28,506 nt of DNA from a virus (taxonomy: Duplodnaviria; Caudoviricetes). Numbering within the stretch: position 1 is the first letter of the stretch; every line of letters begins with the position of its first letter. A program made the translations under genes and the position numbers. Under the pieces are notes generated by a model. The model searched no databases and had not been told where the DNA came from. It saw nothing but the letters and a program-made list of their open reading frames with translations. Below, in pieces: positions 17,368 through 25,865 of the stretch. The stretch is taken from positions 1 to 28,506 of the IMG/VR virus record IMGVR_UViG_3300044259_000020; one strand, given 5' to 3'.

Positions 17368-18627
17368 TTATGCGCGACCGAAGCGGCCAAGGCCAAAGGC
17401 TTTGACGGTTTCAGCAGAGGTTGAAGAATCTTGCGCAATGGTGGTGCGCTTGGCGGTGCGATCCCGCACAGCGGTAAACAGGGACTTCAGGCCAGCGGCC
17501 GGCATGTCCTTGTGGTCAACGCCCATGTTGTCCAGGGCGAATCGGTATACCTGCTCAGCGGAATCCATGCCGATAACATCGCCGACGACGGAACGAACTT
17601 CGCTCTTGGCCTGCTCGAGCTGGCGGAACTCAGAGCGCATGGAGTCCATGGCTGCGGTCACCTTCTCGTTCACATCTTCCGGCTTGACTGGCGGCTCTCC
17701 GTCAGCGGCTTTCGGCTGCATCATGCCTTTGACGGCTTCCAGGTCTTCCGGCGACAGCTTGCCAGAGAGGAACTGCATCAGGTCATCGCCATCTTCGGCA
17801 ACTTCCTTTTTAGGCTCCACGGCTTCTGGTTGCTCCTCGATGCCTAGAACCGCATCCAAGATCTCATCGACCTTTTCGGCGTCGATATCAGCATCCATGG
17901 CAATCAGGCTCTCGCGAACAGACTGCTTATTGAAGGTTTCCTTTTTGGCGTCCCCCACCAGGGCAGCGAAGGCCGCATCCTGTGCAATAGTCGGGGATAA
18001 GCCGCGAAGGGAGACAAAAAGGGCCTTGCCCAACTTGCTCATTTTCATGGCGGGGGTTTCCTTTGGGTTATGGAAAGGGTTTGAGTCGGCCACAACTACA
18101 TCCGGCCCGGCGCGGCCGACTTCTACAAGCGCCAGGTGGTTACCAATAATGTCCCGCATCACGCCATCGTATTCCTCGCCGTCAGGAGTCACACCGGGGG
18201 TCATATCTGGCGTGTAGCGATAGCCCATCGACAATTCACACAGCTTTTTACTCTCGATGCCAGCGATAGCGCGATCAACCCAGACGCACAGCGAGGCTTG
18301 CAGGTATGGGGCATCGAAGGTGACGTCAGAGCCGATACTGCCGACAACGCGATCTTGCTGCGGCTCGCCGGAGTTTACCGGGATGTGTTTATCAAGGATG
18401 GGGAGGTTGTTGAACGACGATGCACCCTTGGATAGCTCCTCGGGGTCTCGATAAAGGCGGTAAACCTTGTCGGGGATGAGCCCACGCTCTTGCCAGCCGG
18501 GGATCTCCTTTCCGTAGTACGGGTTAACCACCGCCTTTGAGATGTTGGTTTTTGATACATGCAGGCGCCCGTCAGCATCGATGCTGCGAGCGCTCTTGAA
18601 GTCAAAAGCCAAACCGGAGTGCTTCAT
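17368..18627 (-). CDS. DUF2213-family prohead protease/scaffold
   Basis: RSIDADGRLHV, ELSMGY, NHLALVEVGRAGPDV; acidic C-terminal half; ATG at 18627 after AGGTGG. Confidence 0.88.
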   Translation of the reverse strand: MKHSGLAFDFKSARSIDADGRLHVSKTNISKAVVNPYYGKEIPGWQERGLIPDKVYRLYRDPEELSKGASSFNNLPILDKHIPVNSGEPQQDRVVGSIGSDVTFDAPYLQASLCVWVDRAIAGIESKKLCELSMGYRYTPDMTPGVTPDGEEYDGVMRDIIGNHLALVEVGRAGPDVVVADSNPFHNPKETPAMKMSKLGKALFVSLRGLSPTIAQDAAFAALVGDAKKETFNKQSVRESLIAMDADIDAEKVDEILDAVLGIEEQPEAVEPKKEVAEDGDDLMQFLSGKLSPEDLEAVKGMMQPKAADGEPPVKPEDVNEKVTAAMDSMRSEFRQLEQAKSEVRSVVGDVIGMDSAEQVYRFALDNMGVDHKDMPAAGLKSLFTAVRDRTAKRTTIAQDSSTSAETVKAFGLGRFGRA

Positions 18628-18653
18628 TGGATCCACCTTTCAGGTTTTGCAAC

Positions 18654-18683
18654 ATGATAGCTTGATTGTACCCATTTTCGCAA
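18654..18683 (-). promoter_or_regulatory. putative promoter for head/tail operon
   Basis: TTGCGA-N18-TATCAT upstream of the DUF2213 gene. Confidence 0.4.
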
Positions 18684-18757
18684 CACTGCAAGATAAAACT
18701 TGACCAGTAATGGAATTTCGTTACAGGTGCTCGTGAAGGTAATGGGGAGGCAAGTAA

Positions 18758-18880
18758 ATGCCAAAAATCCTAAAGTGCCCCATCTGTGGGGTGGTTATAC
18801 GAATCCAAGTGAACGCTAAGTATTGCTCTGGCAAGTGCAGGCAGAAGGCGTTTAGAGACAACAAGAAGGAACAGCGATAA
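18758..18880 (+). CDS. 40-aa zinc-finger protein (not in ORF track)
   Basis: MPKILKCPICGVVIRIQVNAKYCSGKCRQKAFRDNKKEQR; GGGGAGG RBS; TAATG coupling to next gene. Confidence 0.8.
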   Translation: MPKILKCPICGVVIRIQVNAKYCSGKCRQKAFRDNKKEQR

Positions 18881-19149
18881 TGGCAATCACCCCAGCGCAG
18901 TTGCGCAATATCACGGCAACACAAAATGAGCGAGTAACCAGGAAGCCATGCCGCTATCAGGATGCCAAGCGTTTCATTGAAGCGATAGCGTCATCAGGAC
19001 AGATGCCAACTCTGTTCGGGCTTAGAGAAGCCGGGTATATGGGGCCACCACGAGTCCAGGACGTCTATTATCAGTACCTGGCGCTGACATTCGACAGCAA
19101 ATGGCGCCGCGCAAACATTGATCGCGTTTACAAAATGATTCATGGATAA
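18880..19149 (+). CDS. hypothetical protein (89 aa)
   Basis: Translationally coupled to the zinc-finger ORF. Confidence 0.7.
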   Translation: MAITPAQLRNITATQNERVTRKPCRYQDAKRFIEAIASSGQMPTLFGLREAGYMGPPRVQDVYYQYLALTFDSKWRRANIDRVYKMIHG

Positions 19150-19167
19150 CCAACAGGAGCAACAACA

Positions 19168-19888
19168 ATGAAACTGACCAAAAGCAAGCGATTCCTGGCC
19201 GATGCGATTCACGCTAGTGACAAGGGCTGGCCGGATGGGGCGAATTGGGCGTGCCAGCCGAAGCATGGTGGCGGCGATATATATTTTTTGCGAGTGCGAA
19301 GGGAAGCCGTACCGCGAAGACGACCATTATACTTCTGACGCTCCAGCTAAGTGGTTTGACGACGTGATTGAACACGCCAAACTCTCCCCCAACTGGCACC
19401 AAACCATTCTGAGCCGGGAGGAGTATTTCAGCGCGTATCCGGTTGATGCCTGCGAGGCGGTTGATGCAGAGCTCACCGCCGAGGACTTGGCGCTGACCAA
19501 CACACCCACAATCGAACAACTCGCCGCCGACTATCGCACCAAGCATGAGGTGGCCATCAGCAAGCAGAAAGAGGCTAACGAAGCATCCGATGCCGCCTAC
19601 GCTGCTTTCATTGCGCTGGAAAAGGCAATGGATGCACTGGGGTTTAGTATTCAAGTGATCGCTGAACCAGTGCAGCCAACAATCACTGATTGGCGGGATT
19701 TGCGGGTTGGGGATGTCATTGAGTATGTAGATGGTGACATCAAGAGAAAGATCGGCATGTCAGGGCCAGTCATTGATTTTGCCCGCGACGCCACTGATGG
19801 AATGTATGTGCAAATGAGATGCGATGACGGTAGCGACAGTGGATTAATTAGCTGGCCAAAAAAATGGAGATTCATCCGCCGCCCCTAA
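19168..19888 (+). pseudogene. phage protein split by a frameshift at a T6 run (19284-19289)
   Basis: AGGAG plus ATG 19168 gives MKLTKSKRFLADAIHASDKGWPDGANWACQ..., stop at 19338; removing one T fuses it to the 19202-19888 frame (~239 aa). Confidence 0.7.
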
Positions 19889-19903
19889 CAGAGAGATTGC
19901 AAT

Positions 19904-20086
19904 ATGAATCAACTTCTAATCAAGGTTGCCGCATCAACTATCGTGTGGCTCGCCGGCATCTACATGTCAACTACTGTCTTTGAGATAACCGGTGTGCAGC
20001 TTATGATTTGTGGGTATGTGGTTGGGTTTGTGGCAGCAGAAGCCGCCGGATTTATCTCAACGCCACAAAAAAATGGTCGCCACTGA
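19904..20086 (+). CDS. small 2-TM membrane protein
   Basis: Two hydrophobic segments, basic C-terminal tail, GAGAG RBS. Confidence 0.65.
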   Translation: MNQLLIKVAASTIVWLAGIYMSTTVFEITGVQLMICGYVVGFVAAEAAGFISTPQKNGRH

Positions 20087-20087
20087 C

Positions 20088-20118
20088 GAAAAGGCCCCGA
20101 TATGGGGCCTTTTCTTTT
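20088..20118. terminator. bidirectional terminator
   Basis: GAAAAGGCCCC-GATAT-GGGGCCTTTTC-TTTT between convergent genes. Confidence 0.85.
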
Positions 20119-20890
20119 AGAACGGTAGGACGCTCTTGCTGGTGCAGCGGCAGTTGATTTCTTCGCCAGGCTGGATGTACTTCCCATCGATTAGGCATCC
20201 CTCGGCGATCTTGAACTTCTTTCCGTCAGCCGCAACGTGTGATTTTCTAGGCTCCCTGCCTGCGTGGGAGTGCTGCCAGATCGCCTCTGTGATACCAAGC
20301 TCTTGCCGCCTAGCCTTGGTCACCGCAGCGGTCAACTTGTTGCACTGGTCGTTAGCGATAAAGGCAGCCCTGCGGTCGGTTATGTCGTATCGCTTTTTCA
20401 GTTCCTCGGTGATGTAGTGCAGATCTCTGCCTCGCTGAAACCCGCGCATTACGATGCCCTCAACCTGGGTGAAATACTGCTGCGGGATCGACTTGATGAG
20501 GCTGACATTCTCCACAACGCTGGCCTTCATGACGTCCTGCATGGCTCGCGTCATCTTGAACTCAACAGCCCACCCGGCGTCCTTGAGGGATTGCTGGAAA
20601 GCGTGGTCTGTGCTTTTCCTGGCTCCATCGGCAAACATCTTGGATATTTTGGCTGACATGTCGTTAAATTTGCCTATCCACCGGCTAGACACCTCTTTCA
20701 ATCGCTCCGCCATGTCGGCGGCCGGCAGCGCGTCCATTGCCACCGGCTCTGATTTCTTATACTGGGCGACCAGCCAGTATTCAGCAGACCTAGCCATATC
20801 GGCCACCATGACCTGGAGCTCCTTGCGGTAGCGAGCCTCAACGCCGCGATTAGGGCGAACCCCCCTTGCTGTCTTTGGCTTTGCCGCCAT
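20117..20890 (-). CDS. head morphogenesis protein (SPP1 gp7/Mu F-like)
   Basis: RRAAFIANDQ, W.HS...PRKSH...DGK, PGEEINCRC. Confidence 0.92.
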   Translation of the reverse strand: MAAKPKTARGVRPNRGVEARYRKELQVMVADMARSAEYWLVAQYKKSEPVAMDALPAADMAERLKEVSSRWIGKFNDMSAKISKMFADGARKSTDHAFQQSLKDAGWAVEFKMTRAMQDVMKASVVENVSLIKSIPQQYFTQVEGIVMRGFQRGRDLHYITEELKKRYDITDRRAAFIANDQCNKLTAAVTKARRQELGITEAIWQHSHAGREPRKSHVAADGKKFKIAEGCLIDGKYIQPGEEINCRCTSKSVLPF

Positions 20891-22473
20891 TACTCGGCAT
20901 CCTTCTTGACGAACTCCTCACCAACATCCTTCGGAATGCCAAGGTCGCCACTCCCGTGTGCGGCGGCGAGCATGGCTTTGTGTTGAGCCTCACTAACGCT
21001 CCTATCTTGGGCTTCCGGCGTGACTTCTGGTTCATAGTCATCCTCTGGCTGGTAGATGACTTCCGACGCATCAATGTTATCCCAGCCGGAGTCTGGATCG
21101 TCTGCTAGGTTCTGGCGCACCTCTTGCGCATCAAGCGCCCCCATGGCCACGTAAACATTCGCTTCATTGGCCCGGTTGACACGAATGGTTGACTCATCAA
21201 CCGCCGACGCCTGCCACAGCGGCTTGAACTTGAAGGTAATCGCGTCGTCAATCTCGCCCCACAGGTGGAGCTGGATCACCTTAAGCATGGTATCAATGGG
21301 CTGGTAGTAGTGCGCCTCCTGCATGGCGCTGATCCAGTCGTAGAATGCTCTAACCTCTCCATCACTGGAAGCATTGAGGCCTGACGGGCTTATACCGGTC
21401 AGGATCATGGCGGGTATGCGGCTAACAGCACACATGTGCTCCTGGCTTTGAGACTGCAGCTCATGCAGGCCAGAAAGCGGGGTGTTTACCTGGATGATGT
21501 CCTCGCGATCCATGTCGATAACGCCCATCCCCATGTTTGAATATGTGGCGGTGTAGTAGTCAACACGGTCGTAAAGGCTGGCGCCATCATCGGCTCCCTG
21601 CAGCACCTGGCTCATATCGGTTTTCAGGAATGTGCGGGAGAACTTGTCTAGCAGGTTTGAGACGCTGGTTCTGGTACGCAGCCAGTTCTTGACGTAAGGT
21701 TCAGCAAGTTGAGACAGTGACATGCCGCTGAAGTTGTAAGCCGGTTTGAGCATGTCCGGCAGCGGTCTGGTGATGATTGTCATCAGTCGACTGGCGTGGA
21801 CGGCCTGTCCCAGCACCCACCACTGATGGGGCTTGTAGAAGTCAGGCGCGGTTGGGTCAATGGCGTTGTATGCGCTCGGGCTAGTCCACATCGGCTCAAT
21901 GGATGTGAAATATCGCAGGGAGCCCTTCCGAATGGTGCGCGGGTCAAGGATGAGCGGGGTGTCACGATCAGCCCCATTGATATTGATGGAGATCTGGCCG
22001 CGCCCGAACAATGTTTCATTTTCTGCAACGTTCTTTATGATGTTGCGTAAATTGAAATACTCGCATGCCTCTTCCAGCGCCTTGATGCGGTCAGCCTTAT
22101 CCTTTGACTGCCCTCTATCTTTGCATGTGATTTCGATAAACTCGCGGGTGATCTCAGTGGACAGGGTGGAAGCGAACGACCGGTATTCCGCTCTGGTCGC
22201 AAGTTGGGCCAGGTACGGGTAACCAGGGAAAGGCTGAAAGTCGGTGCTGTAGAAAGAGTTCAGGTAGTCATAAGCCTGCGAGGCGCAAGCAGAGTCCATG
22301 GCAATTGCCGGCTTCGTGTTTGCCGGGATGACTCCAGGAATTAGCTCTGGAGCCTTGAAGCGGGTCACTTCAACCCGAGGCGTCTTGGCCTTGATGATGG
22401 CCGCCATCAGCGACACCCTTTCTTTCTTTGGCTGCGCCGGTTGCTCCGGCTGCTGCTTCTTAAACGGCCACAT
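20890..22473 (-). CDS. portal protein (DUF1073-like)
   Basis: FPGYPYLAQL, YNFSGMSLSQL, IPAMILTGISPSGLNASSDGE, FKPLWQ; follows terL. Confidence 0.9.
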   Translation of the reverse strand: MWPFKKQQPEQPAQPKKERVSLMAAIIKAKTPRVEVTRFKAPELIPGVIPANTKPAIAMDSACASQAYDYLNSFYSTDFQPFPGYPYLAQLATRAEYRSFASTLSTEITREFIEITCKDRGQSKDKADRIKALEEACEYFNLRNIIKNVAENETLFGRGQISININGADRDTPLILDPRTIRKGSLRYFTSIEPMWTSPSAYNAIDPTAPDFYKPHQWWVLGQAVHASRLMTIITRPLPDMLKPAYNFSGMSLSQLAEPYVKNWLRTRTSVSNLLDKFSRTFLKTDMSQVLQGADDGASLYDRVDYYTATYSNMGMGVIDMDREDIIQVNTPLSGLHELQSQSQEHMCAVSRIPAMILTGISPSGLNASSDGEVRAFYDWISAMQEAHYYQPIDTMLKVIQLHLWGEIDDAITFKFKPLWQASAVDESTIRVNRANEANVYVAMGALDAQEVRQNLADDPDSGWDNIDASEVIYQPEDDYEPEVTPEAQDRSVSEAQHKAMLAAAHGSGDLGIPKDVGEEFVKKDAE

Positions 22474-22489
22474 GTCCGATCCTCCTGGG

Positions 22490-23773
22490 TTATCTGCGCC
22501 TAGTGTATCTCATTGCTCGGGCCTTGGCCGCATCAGAGATCTTTATCTTGCCTCTAGCCTTCATAATTGGCTCAAGGGCGTATCTGATTGCATCGATGTA
22601 GTGGTTGAACTTGTCCAGTATTACCTTTGTCACATCACCTGTCAGCCTGTCCACCTTGTAGCTGTATCGTTGGAACTCGCGGGCGGTCTCTTGGCAGCGC
22701 GGGTGGATCACCACCATGGCAAAGCTCTTGATGAATTCGACACCATCCTCAACGCTTCCTTTGCCCTTTTCCACGCCGACGATGCCAGGCATGTGCTTGC
22801 GCTTCCCGTCATGGTCAACCCGTTTGAGGTAGCTGATTGACTCGGGGCGAGCGCTGTCGGCGCGGACTGTCTCGCGGCCAAACTCCGGTATGCGGTCACA
22901 GATATAGTTAGCTGTGTGGTCAAGCTCTAGCCCAACCTTGCCGGCTTCGTACTCGATGTAAAGCATGTCTCCATGTATCCAGCACTGGACTGCTGCCGTT
23001 GGGTCTTGAGAGAAGCCAAAGTCGAGGCCGCTATAAGGCCCGTCCCAGTCGCTGCCATGCTCAAACTCACGAACCTCATATCGGCCAGCGAAGATCTGAG
23101 ATTGAGAGTTCTTGCGGTATGCCCCTTCCCACACCCATTGATAGGTAGCTCCGTCAAGCCGGTTATAGTCGTTCATCCGCTCCTGCTCGAGAACGGCAGG
23201 GAACCACGGATTATCCGTGTAGTTCATCTCCACGATATTGGCGTTATCGGGCGGCGAGATGCGGAATCGCTTGTTAGTCGGGCTCTCCTCATCCTCCGGG
23301 TTCCAGGTCACCCAAACCTCTGAGTTTTCAGCCCGGACGGTTGGCAGCAGCTTTGACCATGCCATTTCAGAAACGCTTTCGGCCTCATCAATCCATGCGA
23401 TCAGGATGCGAGCCTTTGACTTGATGCTGTCCAGGTTGTGGCGCAGACCACAAAACACGTAGGAAACGCGGCGGTCTCTGGTGCGGATGTATTTCTCACC
23501 GATCTCAAAGAAGGCATAAAGCCATGGCGTCTCTTTTATGGCCTGCTTGATTTCCTCCATTGAGGAATCTTCCAGCGAGTTCATGAACTCGCGGCCACAA
23601 AGGATAACACCGCTTACTCCGGCCTGAGCGAACATCATCGCCCGGACGGCGGTCATTTTGGCAAACGTGCGGGTCTTCGCTGAGCCGCGACCCCCGAACG
23701 CCCCGCGATACCGGTAATCGCCAGTGAAGACCGGTATCAGCTTGGGCGGGATCTCAAGCTTCGCTGTTGTCAT
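22490..23773 (-). CDS. terL: terminase large subunit (PBSX/terminase_3-like)
   Basis: GGRGSAKT Walker A, WIDEAE Walker B, TWNP, GLDFGFSQDP, ADSARPE, NHYIDAIRY. Confidence 0.95.
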   Translation of the reverse strand: MTTAKLEIPPKLIPVFTGDYRYRGAFGGRGSAKTRTFAKMTAVRAMMFAQAGVSGVILCGREFMNSLEDSSMEEIKQAIKETPWLYAFFEIGEKYIRTRDRRVSYVFCGLRHNLDSIKSKARILIAWIDEAESVSEMAWSKLLPTVRAENSEVWVTWNPEDEESPTNKRFRISPPDNANIVEMNYTDNPWFPAVLEQERMNDYNRLDGATYQWVWEGAYRKNSQSQIFAGRYEVREFEHGSDWDGPYSGLDFGFSQDPTAAVQCWIHGDMLYIEYEAGKVGLELDHTANYICDRIPEFGRETVRADSARPESISYLKRVDHDGKRKHMPGIVGVEKGKGSVEDGVEFIKSFAMVVIHPRCQETAREFQRYSYKVDRLTGDVTKVILDKFNHYIDAIRYALEPIMKARGKIKISDAAKARAMRYTRRR

Positions 23774-24179
23774 CTGCCGGCCCGACTAGCTGAATCACTG
23801 TTGGGGTCAGAGCTGACCCGCCTGGGCCGGTGTGCTCGATGATTTGCTTATCAAGCCCCAGCAGCTTTGCCTTGCCCATGGTGGCGGAAGTTGCTGCTGC
23901 CGCCTGCGGGGTCTCGGCGTTCAGGGCGGCTTGTCGGTTTTCTTCCAGCTCGGCAAGCAGGGTGTCAACGGTGATTTTGTTGCGCTCCCTGGCCGCTTCC
24001 CTTAACTCATCAATTCGCGCTGCGACGTGTGGGAGGGATGCCAGCTCGCATGACTTAACGGTGATCACTGGTGCTTTCATGTTCTCGGCGTTGTAGGCCA
24101 TCTTGTATGCAGTCACCTTTTCACCGGTCTCAATAAATGCCCTGCAAAATAGCTCTTGCTTTTCCGTTAATTTCTTCAT
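23754..24179 (-). CDS. terS: terminase small subunit
   Basis: LTEKQELFC...AYKMAY...ARIDELR...GKAKLLGL; GAGGA RBS before ATG 24179. Confidence 0.92.
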   Translation of the reverse strand: MKKLTEKQELFCRAFIETGEKVTAYKMAYNAENMKAPVITVKSCELASLPHVAARIDELREAARERNKITVDTLLAELEENRQAALNAETPQAAAATSATMGKAKLLGLDKQIIEHTGPGGSALTPTVIQLVGPADDNSEA

Positions 24180-24211
24180 CGTCAATTCCTCGCTACCGTC
24201 TAGCTACCGAA

Positions 24212-24237
24212 AATTCTATCACTTTTTGCATTTCAAT
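24212..24237 (-). promoter_or_regulatory. putative late promoter of terS (TGn-TAGAAT)
   Basis: TGCAAAAAGTGATAGAATT, similar to 893-911. Confidence 0.45.
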
Positions 24238-24325
24238 AAAGAAATCCTATAGCCATTCCCACCTGGCGGTGTGATACCCTACCCATGATGCGTGATGGTC
24301 ACGTTGATGATAACGAGAGGTGATT

Positions 24326-24847
24326 ATGATTGCTTTGAGAATGGCGCAGTTCTTCTTGCTGCTGCCGCTTCACCTGTTCATGGGGCTGGTGTGCTGGATC
24401 TTGTCTCCGGTGCTTCCGCTGTTCGCCATTGGGCGCGACACGCTTCCGGTATGGTTGAGCTGGTTCCAGACGCCTGACGCACCGCTTGATGGTGACTCCG
24501 GCTTTGCCAAGCTGTACCCGCCAGAGAAATGGCCGCGCTATGTTCGCCGGGTGCTGTGGCTTATACGAAACCCGGCATATGGATTCGCGTGGAGCGTTCT
24601 GGCCTACACCCCAAAGGCGCTGGAATACTGCTGGCTCGGGTCTCTGACTCCGGCAACAAGGCAGGGCATTGGCTGGTTCTTCATCTGGCAGCCTGACGGC
24701 CATTTTGAGTATTCAATCAGGGCAAGGTCACTGCCTGGACGCCTGTTCTACTTCCGGTTCGGCTGGAAGATTATCGGCCTTGCAACTGGCGGCCACACGG
24801 GTGCGCAGAAGATGGTGTTCACGCTAAACCCCATCGACCCAGAATGA
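24326..24847 (+). CDS. phage membrane-anchored protein of unknown function
   Basis: N-terminal TM; WLSWFQTPDAPLDGD and WLIRNPAYGF motifs recognised from phage proteins; GAGAGG RBS. Confidence 0.8.
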   Translation: MIALRMAQFFLLLPLHLFMGLVCWILSPVLPLFAIGRDTLPVWLSWFQTPDAPLDGDSGFAKLYPPEKWPRYVRRVLWLIRNPAYGFAWSVLAYTPKALEYCWLGSLTPATRQGIGWFFIWQPDGHFEYSIRARSLPGRLFYFRFGWKIIGLATGGHTGAQKMVFTLNPIDPE

Positions 24848-24869
24848 CGAAATGAGGTATTATTTATTC

Positions 24870-24919
24870 GCGGCTAGGCTGATCCCCGAAAGCACGCCAC
24901 ACCCGAAGCGTGTTGCCGC
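24870..24919 (+). ncRNA. structured 5' leader of the HNH gene
   Basis: GCGGC/GCCGC closing stem enclosing GGCTGATCCCCGAAA and a GCACGC/GCGTGT hairpin; starts 7 nt after TATTAT (24858-24863). Confidence 0.5.
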
Positions 24920-24949
24920 AATATTAATTCGGACTCAGAGGGTAGAGAC

Positions 24950-25567
24950 ATGAGACTTTCAAAAGCTGATCGCGCTTTAATTCTTGACAAATCAAATGGC
25001 CATTGCTGGTATTGCGGCCAAAACCTTGTTGGCACCAAGTGGCATGCGGATCATTTCCACCCAATAATTCGATATGGTGATGGCAAGTGTGCATATCCGC
25101 AATTGGATACCATGTCGAACATGGTTCCTTCTTGCGCTCCGTGCAACAACTACAAACTGAGTGCGTCCATTGATGTTTTCAGGAGAAACATTGAAGAGCA
25201 GCAGCGCTTGACACTGCAAGCAAGCTCCGGCCTAAGAATGTTAAGCAGAATGGGACGGGTATCTTTCTCGCAAGATCCAGTTTCGTTCTGGTTTGAGCGG
25301 GCTGGACTGTCAATGCCTGATGTTTACGAAATGATCTGTGTTAGCCATGAGTCCGCTCAGGCGGTGTGGCGAAAAGACAGATCCGAGCCAAATGTGTCAT
25401 ATACAACCGACACTGGTTGCATGCTAACTCTGAGGTGGGTAAATAGTGACATAGGATATCTGGCGATAGCTACTGGCGATGACTGGTCACAAAGACGAAT
25501 GGAATTTCAGTGCGGAAGCCTTGATCACGCAAGGCGTATTGCGTTTGATTTTGCTAATAGCAAATAA
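24950..25567 (+). CDS. HNH endonuclease with C-terminal extension
   Basis: GHCWYCG...ADHFHP...NMVPSCAPCNNYK. Confidence 0.9.
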   Translation: MRLSKADRALILDKSNGHCWYCGQNLVGTKWHADHFHPIIRYGDGKCAYPQLDTMSNMVPSCAPCNNYKLSASIDVFRRNIEEQQRLTLQASSGLRMLSRMGRVSFSQDPVSFWFERAGLSMPDVYEMICVSHESAQAVWRKDRSEPNVSYTTDTGCMLTLRWVNSDIGYLAIATGDDWSQRRMEFQCGSLDHARRIAFDFANSK

Positions 25568-25595
25568 AAAGCCCCCGCAATGGGGGCTTTCTTTT
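25566..25595. terminator. bidirectional terminator
   Basis: AAAAAGCCCCC-GCAAT-GGGGGCTTT-CTTTT. Confidence 0.85.
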
Positions 25596-25757
25596 GAACC
25601 GCTCCACGATTGGAACCTTTCGCGTAATTCCCTTCGTTGAGATTTCACGGTTCTGGATTGGGTAATCTGGATCACCCAATGCGGAAGCGTGAGTGCCGGT
25701 TACAGCGTCCGGCGAGCTATTGCGGCGTATCGGCTACTGCCAGTGCCTGCTCTGTTT

Positions 25758-25865
25758 GTTGTGGTGGCCGGTTCTGAACCCCGGCTTGCTAGTGCACTAG
25801 CTCATCAGCCTCACGCAATCGAAACGTGAATCCCCCATCCGGTAGCTGATTTCATTCACCACAAC
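25758..25865 (-). ncRNA. C4 antisense-like RNA, copy 1
   Basis: GTTGTGGTGAATG...GGCTGATG...AAGCCGG-GGTTCAGAA-CCGGCCACCACAAC; ends pair; resembles the P1/P7 C4 consensus as recalled. Confidence 0.6.

Noticed and set aside
17402-18217. 271-aa antisense ORF
   Set aside because: Shadow frame of the DUF2213 gene, Ser-rich, no RBS
20890-22473. Anti-CBASS Acb1 label sometimes attached to DUF1073 proteins
   Set aside because: Position and motifs indicate a portal; no 2H-phosphoesterase domain with paired HxT/S motifs was seen
24260-24277. Lambda-operator-like CCTGGCGGTGTGATA
   Set aside because: Single imperfect copy with no repressor gene in the window; likely chance
25784-25810. Hammerhead-like CUGAUGA-GCUAG/CUAGC on the minus strand
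   Set aside because: The stem is followed by AAGC rather than the required GAAA, and no stem III/NUH site was evident
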